The notes beneath the pieces are model-generated. The model was not told where the DNA came from, did no database searches, and worked only from the letters and a program-made list of their open reading frames with translations. From the NCBI GenBank assembly GCA_965248535.1, contig CBDFJR010000002.1, positions 480,001 to 544,000 of the forward strand: a DNA stretch of 64,000 nucleotides. Direction: 5' to 3'. A program made the position numbers and the translations under genes. Positions 8,622 through 19,118 of this stretch are shown piece after piece (the stretch's first letter is position 1; every line of letters starts with the position of its first letter). The DNA comes from Phormidesmis sp. (GTDB taxonomy: Bacteria > Cyanobacteriota > Cyanobacteriia > Leptolyngbyales > Leptolyngbyaceae).

Positions 8622-10583
8622 ATGAGATTACTCGGTAGATGCCTAGAAAACGATTGCTCGGCTGATATGGGGTCTATTGCAATGGTTCGTCAACTCGAAA
8701 CGTCTTACCCTCGCCCTCAGCTTCAGCGAGGCAACTGGCTTAATCTCAATGGTGACTGGAGGTTTGCCTATGACGATGATGGGCGCTGGCAGCATCCCAG
8801 CCAAATTATAGACTGGAGCCACACGATCGCCGTTCCGTTTGCGCCAGAGTCAAAGCGCAGCGGCATTCACGATACGGGGTTTCATGCCAACTGTTGGTAT
8901 GAGCGATCGCTTAATTTAGAGCCAAGTCAAGACGCTAATCGAGTCTTGCTGCATTTTGGAGCGGTCGATTATCGCGCTCGTGTGTGGGTCAATCATCAGT
9001 TTGTCGGCGAACATGAGGGTGGACATACGCCGTTTAGTTTTGACATCACCGCCGTTTTGAATCCTAATGGCGAACAGATTGTCACCGTTTGGGCGCAGGA
9101 TGACCCCCACGATTTGGCCAAGCCGCGAGGCAAACAAGACTGGCAGCTAGACGCGCACAGCATTTGGTATCCGCGCACGAGCGGCATCTGGCAAACAGTT
9201 TGGGTTGAGTGTGTGCCCAAAACCTACATCAGTCGCCTGCGCTGGACTCCGCACCTAGAGCGGTGGGAAATCGGGTTTGAAGGCTTTACATCGGGCGAGA
9301 TGCTCGAAGAATTGCAGCTTAAAGTGCGGCTCTCGATCGAGGGTCGGCTCTTGGTCAATGATCTCTATGAAGTGCTGAATGGTGAAGTGCATCGCCGCAT
9401 TGCCCTCTCCGATCCGGGGATTGATGACTATCGCAATGCTCTGCTGTGGAGTCCTGAAAAGCCGACGCTGATCGATGCTCAGATTCAACTCTGGCATCAG
9501 GGCAAGTTGTTAGATGAGATCAAGTCTTATACCGCCATGCGATCGGTGTCGATTCAGCGCGATCGCTTTATGCTCAACGGTCATCCTTATTATCTGCGGC
9601 TGGTTCTCGATCAGGGCTATTGGGAAGACACGCTGATGACTCCACCGTCTGATGAAGCGCTGCGGTTGGACATTGAGCTAACTAAGCAGATGGGCTTTAA
9701 CGGCGTGCGAAAACACCAAAAAATTGAAGACCCGCGTTTCTTATATTGGGCAGATGCGATGGGACTGCTCGTCTGGGAAGAAATGCCCAGTGCTTACCGA
9801 TTTACGCCGCAAGCAGTAAAGCGCATTACGCAAGAGTGGACAGAAGCGATCGAGCGCGATGTCAGTCACCCTTGCATTGTCGCGTGGGTGCCCTTTAACG
9901 AGTCGTGGGGCGTGCCGAACCTGACCGAAACGGCGGCTCATCGTCACTATGTGCAGGCCCTTTATCATCTAACCAAAACCCTCGACCCAACGCGCCCCGT
10001 GATCGGCAATGATGGCTGGGAGAGCGCCACGACCGATATTTTAGCGATTCATGATTATGATCATCAGCCTCAGCGATTAGCCAAACGCTATGGGTCAGAC
10101 GTGAAACTCTCGGATTTGTTTGATCATCAGCGTCCCGGTGGTCGAATTTTGACGCTAGATGGTTATCCCCATCAGGGGCAGCCGATTATGCTCACTGAGT
10201 TTGGTGGCATTGCCTATGCGCGCCCTGATGACACCGATGCTGATAAGGCGTGGGGCTATGTGCGATCGCTCGACACCTCTGATCTTCAGCATCGCTATTC
10301 GTCACTGCTGGGGGCGGTGAATCGAGTTGAGATTTTTAGCGGCTTTTGCTACACGCAGTTGACCGATACCTTTCAAGAGGCTAACGGGTTGCTGTATGTC
10401 GATCGCACGCCTAAATTTTCGCTGGCGGCGATCGCGGCTGCCACTCAGGGCAGGGATGAACATCTTGACGACAACGCTATACTAACAGCGCCCGGAACAT
10501 GGTCAGAAGCCGAAAATGTACTTCCAGGAACTTCTCAAGCCGGATGGACGGAAACTCACTCTATACAGTCGGTGCCCCATTAA
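8622..10583 (+). CDS. Glycoside hydrolase family 2 (beta-galactosidase/glucuronidase-like)
   Basis: YPRPQ, LNG.W.F, LHFGAVDY, LDQGYW, GFNGVRKHQK, WVPFNESWG, TEFGG; true start may be slightly downstream. Confidence 0.9.
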   Translation: MRLLGRCLENDCSADMGSIAMVRQLETSYPRPQLQRGNWLNLNGDWRFAYDDDGRWQHPSQIIDWSHTIAVPFAPESKRSGIHDTGFHANCWYERSLNLEPSQDANRVLLHFGAVDYRARVWVNHQFVGEHEGGHTPFSFDITAVLNPNGEQIVTVWAQDDPHDLAKPRGKQDWQLDAHSIWYPRTSGIWQTVWVECVPKTYISRLRWTPHLERWEIGFEGFTSGEMLEELQLKVRLSIEGRLLVNDLYEVLNGEVHRRIALSDPGIDDYRNALLWSPEKPTLIDAQIQLWHQGKLLDEIKSYTAMRSVSIQRDRFMLNGHPYYLRLVLDQGYWEDTLMTPPSDEALRLDIELTKQMGFNGVRKHQKIEDPRFLYWADAMGLLVWEEMPSAYRFTPQAVKRITQEWTEAIERDVSHPCIVAWVPFNESWGVPNLTETAAHRHYVQALYHLTKTLDPTRPVIGNDGWESATTDILAIHDYDHQPQRLAKRYGSDVKLSDLFDHQRPGGRILTLDGYPHQGQPIMLTEFGGIAYARPDDTDADKAWGYVRSLDTSDLQHRYSSLLGAVNRVEIFSGFCYTQLTDTFQEANGLLYVDRTPKFSLAAIAAATQGRDEHLDDNAILTAPGTWSEAENVLPGTSQAGWTETHSIQSVPH

Positions 10584-11604
10584 GGCGGGCTTAGTAGCGC
10601 CTAGCCCTGGGAGTGAGCCGATTCAGGCAATGCCTCATCTGCGGTGGCACCCTCTCAGGGGGGAGTGGGTGGCTTATGCGAGTCATCGCCAAGGGCGCAC
10701 CTTTTTGCCGCCGCCGGAATATAATCCGCTTGCGCCGACCACCGATCCAAACTTCCCTACCGAGTTGCCGATGGGCGATTATGATGTGGCGGTGTTTGAC
10801 AATCGCTTTCCGTCAATGACTCCGGCGGTGGAGACCGCCCCGATCGAGATTGTCGAAACGCTTCCGGCTAATGGGGCTTGTGAAGTGGTGGTTTTTACTC
10901 AAGATCCGCAGGCTTCGCTCGGTTCATTAGCTCTGAGTCATTTGGAGTTGTTGCTGCAAGTTTGGGGCGATCGTACTCGCGTGCTCAGTCAACATCCTCA
11001 AATTCAGTATGTATTGCCCTTTGAGAACAAAGGTGTCGAGGTAGGCGTAACGCTCAACCATCCCCACGGACAAATTTATGCCTATCCGGTTGTGCCGCCT
11101 GTGCCTGCCAAAATGTTGGAGTGTCAGCGATCGTATTATCAAACTCACCAGCGCGGGCTTTTAGCCGATTTGATTCAGCGCGAAATTAAGGACGATCGCC
11201 GAATTCTCTATCAAGATGAATGGGCGATCGCCTTTGTTCCGGTGTGCGCTCGGTATCCTTACGAGGTTTGGGTTGCGCCGATTCAGCCTGTTGCAGCGTT
11301 TTCAGATCTGACTTCTGAGCAGCGATCGAGCTTGTCCAAAGCGCTCAAAACCGTGACCCTAAAATTTGATGGGCTATGGAGTCGTCCGTTTCCTTATTTA
11401 ATGGCGTGGTTTCAGGCACCGACTGATGGCGAACTCCATCCAGAATGTCATCTTCACGCCGAGTTTTATCCGCCCTATCGCACTCGCGATCGTTTGAAAT
11501 ATCTGGCGGGCACCGAGCTTGCAGCCGGGCTATTTGCCAACGATGCCCTCCCAGAAGACAAAGCCAAAGAACTGCAAGCGGTGTCAATAACGCTAGAAGT
11601 CTGA
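10516..11604 (+). CDS. galT: Galactose-1-phosphate uridylyltransferase
   Basis: [16 protein letters not shown] catalytic HPH motif; KYLAGTE. Confidence 0.9.
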   Translation: MYFQELLKPDGRKLTLYSRCPIKAGLVAPSPGSEPIQAMPHLRWHPLRGEWVAYASHRQGRTFLPPPEYNPLAPTTDPNFPTELPMGDYDVAVFDNRFPSMTPAVETAPIEIVETLPANGACEVVVFTQDPQASLGSLALSHLELLLQVWGDRTRVLSQHPQIQYVLPFENKGVEVGVTLNHPHGQIYAYPVVPPVPAKMLECQRSYYQTHQRGLLADLIQREIKDDRRILYQDEWAIAFVPVCARYPYEVWVAPIQPVAAFSDLTSEQRSSLSKALKTVTLKFDGLWSRPFPYLMAWFQAPTDGELHPECHLHAEFYPPYRTRDRLKYLAGTELAAGLFANDALPEDKAKELQAVSITLEV

Positions 11605-11732
11605 TTAAGCTTGGGGTTTGTGCTTAATCTCGTCGGCGATCGCGGATCAACCGGAAAGATATCGATGATGGGCAGAAATTGTGACCCATTTCTCAATCCC
11701 TTCGTTCACCAAAACCTCCTACAGTCAGACTT

Positions 11733-13391
11733 CTAGGGGCACAACGTCTCCCCTGCTTGCTTCATAAACACTTGCCGATAGGTGGGGCATTTCGCTAGCA
11801 CCATTTTGCGTTGTTCGTTGCTGCCATCGAGGGTGTTGATAAAACCGAGCATGGCATTTGGTTTAGTGACGGGTGATGGGTCATTGAGGGCGGTCAACAG
11901 TTGTCTGACTCCATCGGTGCCCAGCAGCAATAGTTTGCTCATGGTGACAGTGTTGTAGGCCGGGGCAACTTTCTGGTAGTCAAACTTTTCGTTGGGATCG
12001 GAACCGTTTAGCCGCAGATATTGGGTATTAAACGTGGTCAGATTCACAGATTGCCCAGACCCCTTTGTCATCACGTCATCAAAATAGAGCGCAGGGTTAG
12101 AGAAGTAGTTCTTTAACTGCTCCTTGGTCATGCCCGTGGCTCTGACAATCACCGCATCATAGATATTGTTTTTGAGTTGCTCGATCGGGGCCTTTAAAAA
12201 CGCTGGAATGATCTGGTCGATCACTTTTCCGGCGATCGCTCTCAAGTCTCCCGTCACATCAGGAAAACCGGACATCGAAATCAAATGTTCGTTCACATAA
12301 TTATTGAGCAGCGTTTGGGCTTTATCCACATCGGCTTTTTTCTCAGGGTTGAAGAACAGAGCTTTAGCAACCTCATGACTAGTGGCGGGCCAAGCCCTTA
12401 GCCCCGAATCAATGTCGGCCCGCCAATACTCTTTATAAGTCGTTGGCAGAGCATTGGCCGCCATATAAGCGCCCTTCTCAACCAAAACGGCGGCCGCCTG
12501 AATCTCTAATTTTCTGGCACTGCAAGAAAAGTCGTTCCAGCGACAGTTGCTGGCAGCCCTTAAGAGATCATCGCGGCGACGATCGTAGCCAGCTTTTGCC
12601 GCGTAGTAACCATCAATATCGCGCTGAAGGTTGGCTCTCAGCGTAGAGTAGACTCGCGGAACTGAATAAGTGGTGCCTTCGCCTCCTTGCCGCAGCAGGG
12701 CTTGATCGAGATAAGTTCCCGGTCGCGCATCGACCAGATTGCGATAGATAAAATCATCCACCCCCTGAATGCTCACCTCAAAGGTCGGATTGGGTGCCCG
12801 TTTATCAACATATCCCTCTGCCAAAATGTGCTTGATAGCGTTGTCGGGCGGTGTCAGAGTAAACGGTGCGCCTGTGAAGTTATTGATAAACGTGTGACCA
12901 TACATATCGCCAGCCGCATGGGTGAGATAGCCCACTACAAACGCTTTGATGGCAGGTGACTGATTGCTGTTTGCCCACAAATATTCTAGCCAACGGTTAG
13001 AGCCATCTGGGTTAGTGGGCGGGTGAATCACCTGTTGCCCCGTGAGAATATCGGGATAGGCATCAGGGCCCAAAATTCCGGCGCGGTATTGGGATGGAAA
13101 ATCACGAATTGCCGTCAAAATTGTGGGATCAACAGGGAACTCGCCGATCGTTCCCACGATTTCTCCGGTGGCAGGGTTGAGGCGATTAATGGTCACTTTG
13201 CCGTCGAGAGCATCGTTTCGGGCCTGTTCTCCTAAATAGACGTGGGTCGTGGGCTTCCAAGCCAGAGCCGGAGCCGGATTGAGGCACAGTCCTAACACGA
13301 GGACAGTGGCGACGATCGCACCTTGAAGCAGAGACTTCAGGCGATGCGATCGGGCAAACCATTCAAATAGAGCAACTTTCTTCTGCATCAT
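11733..13391 (-). CDS. Secreted zinc-dependent phospholipase C / S1-P1 nuclease-like protein
   Basis: Signal ending ALA followed by mature W-K-P-T-T-H; G..GPD; YLTHAAGDMYGH; HILAE Zn ligands. Confidence 0.75.
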   Translation of the reverse strand: MMQKKVALFEWFARSHRLKSLLQGAIVATVLVLGLCLNPAPALAWKPTTHVYLGEQARNDALDGKVTINRLNPATGEIVGTIGEFPVDPTILTAIRDFPSQYRAGILGPDAYPDILTGQQVIHPPTNPDGSNRWLEYLWANSNQSPAIKAFVVGYLTHAAGDMYGHTFINNFTGAPFTLTPPDNAIKHILAEGYVDKRAPNPTFEVSIQGVDDFIYRNLVDARPGTYLDQALLRQGGEGTTYSVPRVYSTLRANLQRDIDGYYAAKAGYDRRRDDLLRAASNCRWNDFSCSARKLEIQAAAVLVEKGAYMAANALPTTYKEYWRADIDSGLRAWPATSHEVAKALFFNPEKKADVDKAQTLLNNYVNEHLISMSGFPDVTGDLRAIAGKVIDQIIPAFLKAPIEQLKNNIYDAVIVRATGMTKEQLKNYFSNPALYFDDVMTKGSGQSVNLTTFNTQYLRLNGSDPNEKFDYQKVAPAYNTVTMSKLLLLGTDGVRQLLTALNDPSPVTKPNAMLGFINTLDGSNEQRKMVLAKCPTYRQVFMKQAGETLCP

Positions 13392-13735
13392 TTTTCATTC
13401 TCGAAATTATGAAAATTAGACACGAAAACCAGCGCCTCAGCAAAAAATGCGGGTCGTTGAGGGTGAAGGGAGGCGCGATGCTTTAGAAGCAAGCAATTTA
13501 CTGCGACGACAGCAACCTTGCTTTTCTATGGCTAGTTTTCTGAGCGGGTCTTGACTAAAGCAAGGACGATCACAGGAGCGTTGTCAACTGCTGTCCCTAG
13601 ATTTAGCTATGAACCCAGCAGCAACCGTGAGATGTTCACTTGTTCACAACTCTACGTCACAATTTAGGGGCCCCAAATTTTTTGTTATGAAAATTATGGA
13701 TGTGAGACGATGTTTGAAAAGTCTCTGTTCATTGC

Positions 13736-13766
13736 AAAACCCGCCCGGATCTCAATCACGGGCGGG
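13736..13766 (-). terminator. Intrinsic terminator after the DUF4079-like gene
   Basis: CCCGCCCG/CGGGCGGG stem followed by TTTT on the minus strand. Confidence 0.55.
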
Positions 13767-13810
13767 GCAAAACCGAAGTGAATAACCTTTCTGTAGGTTT
13801 CAAGCAGCCT

Positions 13811-14539
13811 CTAGGGGGTGCGTGGAGCAGGTTGAACACTGCAAGGCTTCGTATCACACTGTTGTTCATACAGCTTTTGCACATACGGTTCTTGCCAACT
13901 GAGGGGCACTTCTAAGAGCGCACGGGTTCCCGTGATGGCTTGCCCAATAAACAGCAGCGTTACGATACTGCTAACGCAAATATGAACCATCCGCCAACGC
14001 TGACTGCGATCGCGGTAGACGCTCTGCACGATCGACAGCGAGAAAATCATCAACAATGACGCGGTAATGCCGTAATAGTAGTGGGAGGTATACCACTGAT
14101 CAGTTTTACGATAGACCCCTTCTTGACACCCCAACACGACCAATCCCACACCTGTGAGGATCGCAAACGTTGCTCTCCACCGCACTTGAGTTGCTCTAAA
14201 CAATAACCCTAGGGATGCGATCGTGGCCAAAAATAACAAACCAATCAACCCCACCTGAGCCGGATTTTTGCTCCACAGTTGGCTGGTGATGGCGGTGCCA
14301 AAAATATCATTGGCTAGTGCGATTAGCGTAATGCCAACCACCCCGATCGTCAGCCAATGTCCGATCTGGACGTGTTCTTGTCCTACCACGGGCGGCACTT
14401 TGCTTTTGTCGCCAGCCGCTAGCTGCAATCGGCGTTGACGCACTTGCAGAGCGCGATTCACAATCATTCCCATCAGTGGAAAGACTACGGCGATCGCGAT
14501 GACTGGATGTAACAGCAAAACGGTATCTTTAAAGTCCAT
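13811..14539 (-). CDS. DUF4079-like membrane protein
   Basis: LLHP..A....P, EH..IG.WL, SHYYYG, WR..H, QAITGTR.LLE.PLSWQ. Confidence 0.75.
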   Translation of the reverse strand: MDFKDTVLLLHPVIAIAVVFPLMGMIVNRALQVRQRRLQLAAGDKSKVPPVVGQEHVQIGHWLTIGVVGITLIALANDIFGTAITSQLWSKNPAQVGLIGLLFLATIASLGLLFRATQVRWRATFAILTGVGLVVLGCQEGVYRKTDQWYTSHYYYGITASLLMIFSLSIVQSVYRDRSQRWRMVHICVSSIVTLLFIGQAITGTRALLEVPLSWQEPYVQKLYEQQCDTKPCSVQPAPRTP

Positions 14540-14605
14540 AAACCTCCTTCCCTGACGCTGAGTGTTCTGCTAAAAACTCGACCCATTGCACTCATAGAGC
14601 CTATC

Positions 14606-14642
14606 AAAATGCAGCCAAGGACCTAGATCAAGGCTGCATTTT
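14606..14642. terminator. Hairpin, possible terminator
   Basis: AAAATGCAGCC...GGCTGCATTTT 11-bp inverted repeat just after the 14659 gene. Confidence 0.5.
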
Positions 14643-14658
14643 GGCTTCTGAAGGGCAA

Positions 14659-15081
14659 TTACTTGACTTCGCTGGCGAGAAATTTTGTGACTTTGCCGGG
14701 CTTAATGGCAACCACTACATCATAGGTAGCACAGTAAGCAAAGGTAACATTGTTGGCTTTGTTATAGAGATTGACCACCATGCCTGCCCCACCTGGCTGC
14801 ACACCGAGCGGCTCTAAATCACCAAAGAAATAGCGTCGTAGTTCATCTCCACCGCCAAACTGCCCTTTGTGCTGGGTGACTTTGGCGATTTTTTGCGGCA
14901 CCGTCAAACCCGTGCTATCTTTCATCTCTTGAGCCGAGGCTTGCACAAGCTGAGGGTTGACGGCTTTGAGCGGGGCATCCCACACGGCGACCATCCCGAT
15001 TAAAGCAACGGTGGTAGCGGCGGTAGTGAACAAAGAGGTAAGTTTCATTGGGGTGAGTCCTAAGTTGTTGGGATGACTCAA
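14659..15081 (-). CDS. Small exported hypothetical protein
   Basis: Signal-like MKLTSLFTTAATT (probable true start downstream of 15081); globular C-terminus. Confidence 0.6.
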   Translation of the reverse strand: MSHPNNLGLTPMKLTSLFTTAATTVALIGMVAVWDAPLKAVNPQLVQASAQEMKDSTGLTVPQKIAKVTQHKGQFGGGDELRRYFFGDLEPLGVQPGGAGMVVNLYNKANNVTFAYCATYDVVVAIKPGKVTKFLASEVK

Positions 15082-15289
15082 GCATCTCAGCGATCGCTGA
15101 GGAGAATCTAAACCGAAGCTAGAAGTTCTCTGAATTTATTCGGTTAAACTATTCAGTTCAAACTCAGCCGTTTCTCAGATAAGTGTGCGATCGCGCTTTC
15201 AGTCGATTTCTCAGTGGAATTTAAGCTTGTGCTGCTTAAATCAAAAGCAGTCAGTTTCGGATACTCTTCACATTGGCGTTGTTTGACCT

Positions 15290-17578
15290 ATGATTCCACA
15301 GCAGTTCAAGCAGATTTTCTCGGCTTCGCGCTGGAAACGGCTGGCCTCTCCTCAAATCGCCACATTGCTGATGTTTAGCACGGTGGTGGTGTCGGGTGCG
15401 ATCGTGGCCGCGTGGTTTGCCGGGCAAGGAACTATCAGCACCCTTTTTCAGCAGCTTAACACGCTGCAAGAAAGCCCGCCGATGTGGATCGAAGCGCCGA
15501 TGATGATCGGAAATTATCTGCTGTTTTGGGCGGTTTTGCTGCTGCTGGGAGTGGTGCTGATCACAAAAGTCTCGCCCCGTCCTCAGCTTTGGTCGCGAAC
15601 GTTAGTGGTGGGAATCTTGCTTGTGTTGACGATTCGATATTTAGTTTGGCGATCGCTGACCACGTTGAATCTCAGCACTCCATTAAATGGTGTGTTCAGC
15701 TTAGGGTTATTTTTATTAGAGTTGCTGGTGCTGTCGGGCAGCATTATTCAACTAATTCTATTGCTGCGGGTGCGCGATCGTCAGTCTGAAGCCGATCATC
15801 ATTCTATTGATGTTCTCGACGGCAGGTTTACGCCCACGGTTGATATTATGATTCCGACTTATAATGAGCCGACTTTTATCTTAAAGCGCACGGTGATTGG
15901 CTGTCAGGCGTTAGATTATCCGCACAAGCGCGTCTATTTGCTGGATGACACGCGGCGATCGCAGGTGCAGGCATTGGCTAAAGAATTGGGATGTGAATAT
16001 GTGACTCGACCTGACAATCGCCACGCCAAAGCCGGGAATCTCAATCATGCGATCGCTCGCACTGACGGAGAATTGATTGTGGTGTTTGACGCTGACTTTG
16101 TGCCGACTAAAAATTTTCTCACGCGCACGATCGGCTTTTTTCAAGAGCCGCAGGTGGGGCTGGTGCAAACACCCCAGACGTTTTATAACCCTGACCCGAT
16201 CGCTTATAACTTGGGGCTAGAAGACATTCTCACCCCTGAAGAAGAGGTGTTTTATCGTCAGATTCAGCCGTTTCGCGATGCGGCAGGCGGGGTGATCTGT
16301 TCGGGAACGTCGTTTGTGGTGCGTCGCTCGGCCCTGTCTGCGATCGGCGATTTCTTTACCGAGTCTCTCAGCGAAGACTACTTTACCGGAATTCGGCTGG
16401 CGGCTAGTGGCTATCGATTGGTCTATCTGAACGAGAAATTAAGTGCCGGGTTAGCGGCTGAAAGCATTGGAGCGCAGGCTCTACAGCGAATTCGCTGGGC
16501 CCAGGGAACTTTGCAAGCATTCTTTATTCAAGCCAATCCTTTAACCATTCGCGGGTTGAGTTTAATTCAACGACTGGCCCATTTAGAAGGATTACTCCAC
16601 TGGTTCACAAGCATTTCGCGGCTTGGATTCCTGTTGATTCCTTTAGCTTATGCTTTTTTAGGTGTGATTCCGGTTCGGGCCACCACTGCTGAAGCGTTAT
16701 ATTATTTTTTACCCTACTATTTAGTTCAGATTACAACGTCTGCCTGGCTTAATCACCGATCGCGGTCTGCGATTTTGGGAGATATTTATTCTCTGGTGTT
16801 GTGCGTTCCTTTATCGATAACGGTGATTCAGACATTAATCAATCCATTCTCAAAAGGATTCAATGTCACACCCAAAGGTGCAACCAGCGATCGCTTCACG
16901 TTTAATTGGAAGTTATCGCTGCCGCTGATTATCTTGTTTTGTGCCAGCGCACTCAGTTTATGGATGAATTTAGGGTTCTACACTATGAGCGGCATGGCAA
17001 GCCCTAACGTTTCCGTTGACATTCTAGAACGGTTTAAAGGACTGAGCTTGGGTTTGTTTTGGAGCGTTTATAACTTGCTGATGTTGAGCATTTCTCTGCT
17101 GATTTTGATTGATGCACCGCGTCCATCGCAGACTGAATGGTTTCAATTGCGGCGCACTGTGCGCCTTCAGATCAATCAGCAGGAGTTTTGGGGAGTGACA
17201 ACGGTGATCTCAGAAGCGGGTGCAGAAATCGTTCTGACGCAAAACAATCTCCCCGATCGTCCCGATTTGCTGCCCGTTGAGGTCGAATTCATGGAGGAAA
17301 ACTTACCGATTCAAGCGCACATTGTGGTCAGCCAACCTCACGATCCAAAAGACGAACCCCATGAGGTTCCTACGGTGCAGGTGGTGTTTGATGCTCTCGA
17401 TCTCGACCAACAGCGCCGCTTAACTGAGCTTCTATTTTGTCGTCCGGGGCAGTGGAGAAGTCGGTGCGCGCCAGGCGAGTTGCGATCGCTGTGGCTATTG
17501 TTTAGAATCTTGCTGAAACCACGGGTGATTTTTGATCGACAGACTCGAATTCACGCGATCGCGGTCGCTCAAAGTTGA
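15290..17578 (+). CDS. bcsA: Cellulose synthase-like GT2 (BcsA/CesA) with degenerate PilZ-like C-terminus
   Basis: IPTYNE, LLDD, HAKAGNLN, FDAD, QTPQ, SED, QRIRW, F.VTPK motifs. Confidence 0.85.
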   Translation: MIPQQFKQIFSASRWKRLASPQIATLLMFSTVVVSGAIVAAWFAGQGTISTLFQQLNTLQESPPMWIEAPMMIGNYLLFWAVLLLLGVVLITKVSPRPQLWSRTLVVGILLVLTIRYLVWRSLTTLNLSTPLNGVFSLGLFLLELLVLSGSIIQLILLLRVRDRQSEADHHSIDVLDGRFTPTVDIMIPTYNEPTFILKRTVIGCQALDYPHKRVYLLDDTRRSQVQALAKELGCEYVTRPDNRHAKAGNLNHAIARTDGELIVVFDADFVPTKNFLTRTIGFFQEPQVGLVQTPQTFYNPDPIAYNLGLEDILTPEEEVFYRQIQPFRDAAGGVICSGTSFVVRRSALSAIGDFFTESLSEDYFTGIRLAASGYRLVYLNEKLSAGLAAESIGAQALQRIRWAQGTLQAFFIQANPLTIRGLSLIQRLAHLEGLLHWFTSISRLGFLLIPLAYAFLGVIPVRATTAEALYYFLPYYLVQITTSAWLNHRSRSAILGDIYSLVLCVPLSITVIQTLINPFSKGFNVTPKGATSDRFTFNWKLSLPLIILFCASALSLWMNLGFYTMSGMASPNVSVDILERFKGLSLGLFWSVYNLLMLSISLLILIDAPRPSQTEWFQLRRTVRLQINQQEFWGVTTVISEAGAEIVLTQNNLPDRPDLLPVEVEFMEENLPIQAHIVVSQPHDPKDEPHEVPTVQVVFDALDLDQQRRLTELLFCRPGQWRSRCAPGELRSLWLLFRILLKPRVIFDRQTRIHAIAVAQS

Positions 17579-17653
17579 GCCATGATTTTCAACTAGACTA
17601 GTTAAAAATAATCCAAGCTATCAGTCAACCCTTCCAGCAATCGGAACTCGATC

Positions 17654-18328
17654 ATGAGCGCTCACATATTGTTAGTCGAAGATGAAGTAAGACTCGCTCG
17701 ATTTGTTGAACTAGAACTGATCAGTGAAGGCTATACCGTGAGTGTGGCCCACGACGGCATGGCAGGGTTAACGCTTGCCCGCGAAGCCACCCTCGACCTA
17801 GCGATTTTAGATTGGATGCTGCCAGGGCTATCGGGTTTAGAACTGTGTCGGCGACTGCGCTCAACGGGCAGCAAAGTTCCGGTGATTTTGTTGACAGCGC
17901 GAGATGAAGTCAGCGATCGGGTCGCCGGGCTTGATGCTGGAGCCGATGACTATGTGGTCAAACCGTTTAGCATTGAGGAACTGTTGGCCAGAGTCAGGGC
18001 CCATCTGCGTCGCGTTCAAGACGGCAATGAAGACGTGCTACAGTTCAACACGCTGCGGCTCGATCGCAAAACTCGTGAGGTTCATCGTGGGGCCCGATCA
18101 ATTGACCTAACAGCTAAAGAGTTCGATTTGTTGGAGTATTTGTTGACGCATCCGCGGCAAGTGTTCACTCGTGATCAGATTCTCGAAAACGTTTGGGGAT
18201 ATGACTTTATGGGCGATTCTAATATCATTGAAGTCTACATTCGCTATCTGCGATTGAAGTTAGAAGAAAATCAAGAATCTCGATTACTCCATACGGTGCG
18301 CGGAGTTGGTTACACCCTACGCGACTAA
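17654..18328 (+). CDS. OmpR-family response regulator (MprA-like)
   Basis: Receiver LVEDE, LDWMLP, GADDY.VKPF; winged helix VWGYDF...NIIEVYIRYLR, TVRGVGY. Confidence 0.92.
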   Translation: MSAHILLVEDEVRLARFVELELISEGYTVSVAHDGMAGLTLAREATLDLAILDWMLPGLSGLELCRRLRSTGSKVPVILLTARDEVSDRVAGLDAGADDYVVKPFSIEELLARVRAHLRRVQDGNEDVLQFNTLRLDRKTREVHRGARSIDLTAKEFDLLEYLLTHPRQVFTRDQILENVWGYDFMGDSNIIEVYIRYLRLKLEENQESRLLHTVRGVGYTLRD

Positions 18329-18447
18329 TAGAAACCGAGGTTCTTGCGAAAGGGTCGAGTGCGAATATTTATGGCAGAATCCGGTTCCTGTTGATCATGA
18401 GAGCGATCGCTGTTTTCAAAGCCCTATTGATTCACGCTTTTGTAATA

Positions 18448-18879
18448 TTATGGACTGTGCTTTGGGGAAAATTTGATCGGTTCTCTTGTCTTGGGATCAC
18501 TGTTGAGATGATAGTCAATTATTCTAAGTAGATCATTCATTGAAAAAGGTTTAGTCAAATAGGTTCGTGCTCCTAGATCTAACGCTAATTGTATGCTCCA
18601 TTCATCTTGAGACACAATCACTATCAGTGGTATTTGATTACCAACTCTCTTTAACTGGCGGCAAACGTCACACCCTGATGACTGTCGCAGTTCCCAATTA
18701 AGAACAATCAGATCAGGGTTTAACTTTTGAAGACTTGACAACTCGGATAGGTCACAGTCAACGCTGACCTGATAGCCTTCTGCCTGAAGCTCTAGGGCAA
18801 TAAAGCGAGGCAGGCTGATTTGATCGTCGATGACTAAAATGTGAGGAATCATAACGCTAGAAGACAGTACACAGTCCAC
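18448..18879 (-). CDS. Single-domain pseudo-receiver protein
   Basis: Receiver fold (VIDD, YLTKPF) but the phospho-acceptor Asp is Asn (LIVLNW). Confidence 0.7.
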   Translation of the reverse strand: MDCVLSSSVMIPHILVIDDQISLPRFIALELQAEGYQVSVDCDLSELSSLQKLNPDLIVLNWELRQSSGCDVCRQLKRVGNQIPLIVIVSQDEWSIQLALDLGARTYLTKPFSMNDLLRIIDYHLNSDPKTREPIKFSPKHSP

Positions 18880-19118
18880 TATGTAGGGGATATCTTTGAA
18901 GAAGATGAGAAATAGATTAAAGCTTCTTAAACCAACAATGGTTAACTCCGTTGGTCGAGAATTCTCAGTTTTTTCAGACGATATTCAAGCCTTTCTCATC
19001 TGATATTTAGAAAGGAAAGGAATACTAGACGAATGCCCACCTTGCTGACGGATTAGAAAGCATTTTCTAATCGCTAACTGTCAATTAGTCGGGCACGATC
19101 GCTACTTTTCCTAAAGAT

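Noticed and set aside
11733..13391. Phospholipase as an eCIS effector
   Set aside because: It has a Sec-type signal peptide and lies about 24 kb from the locus
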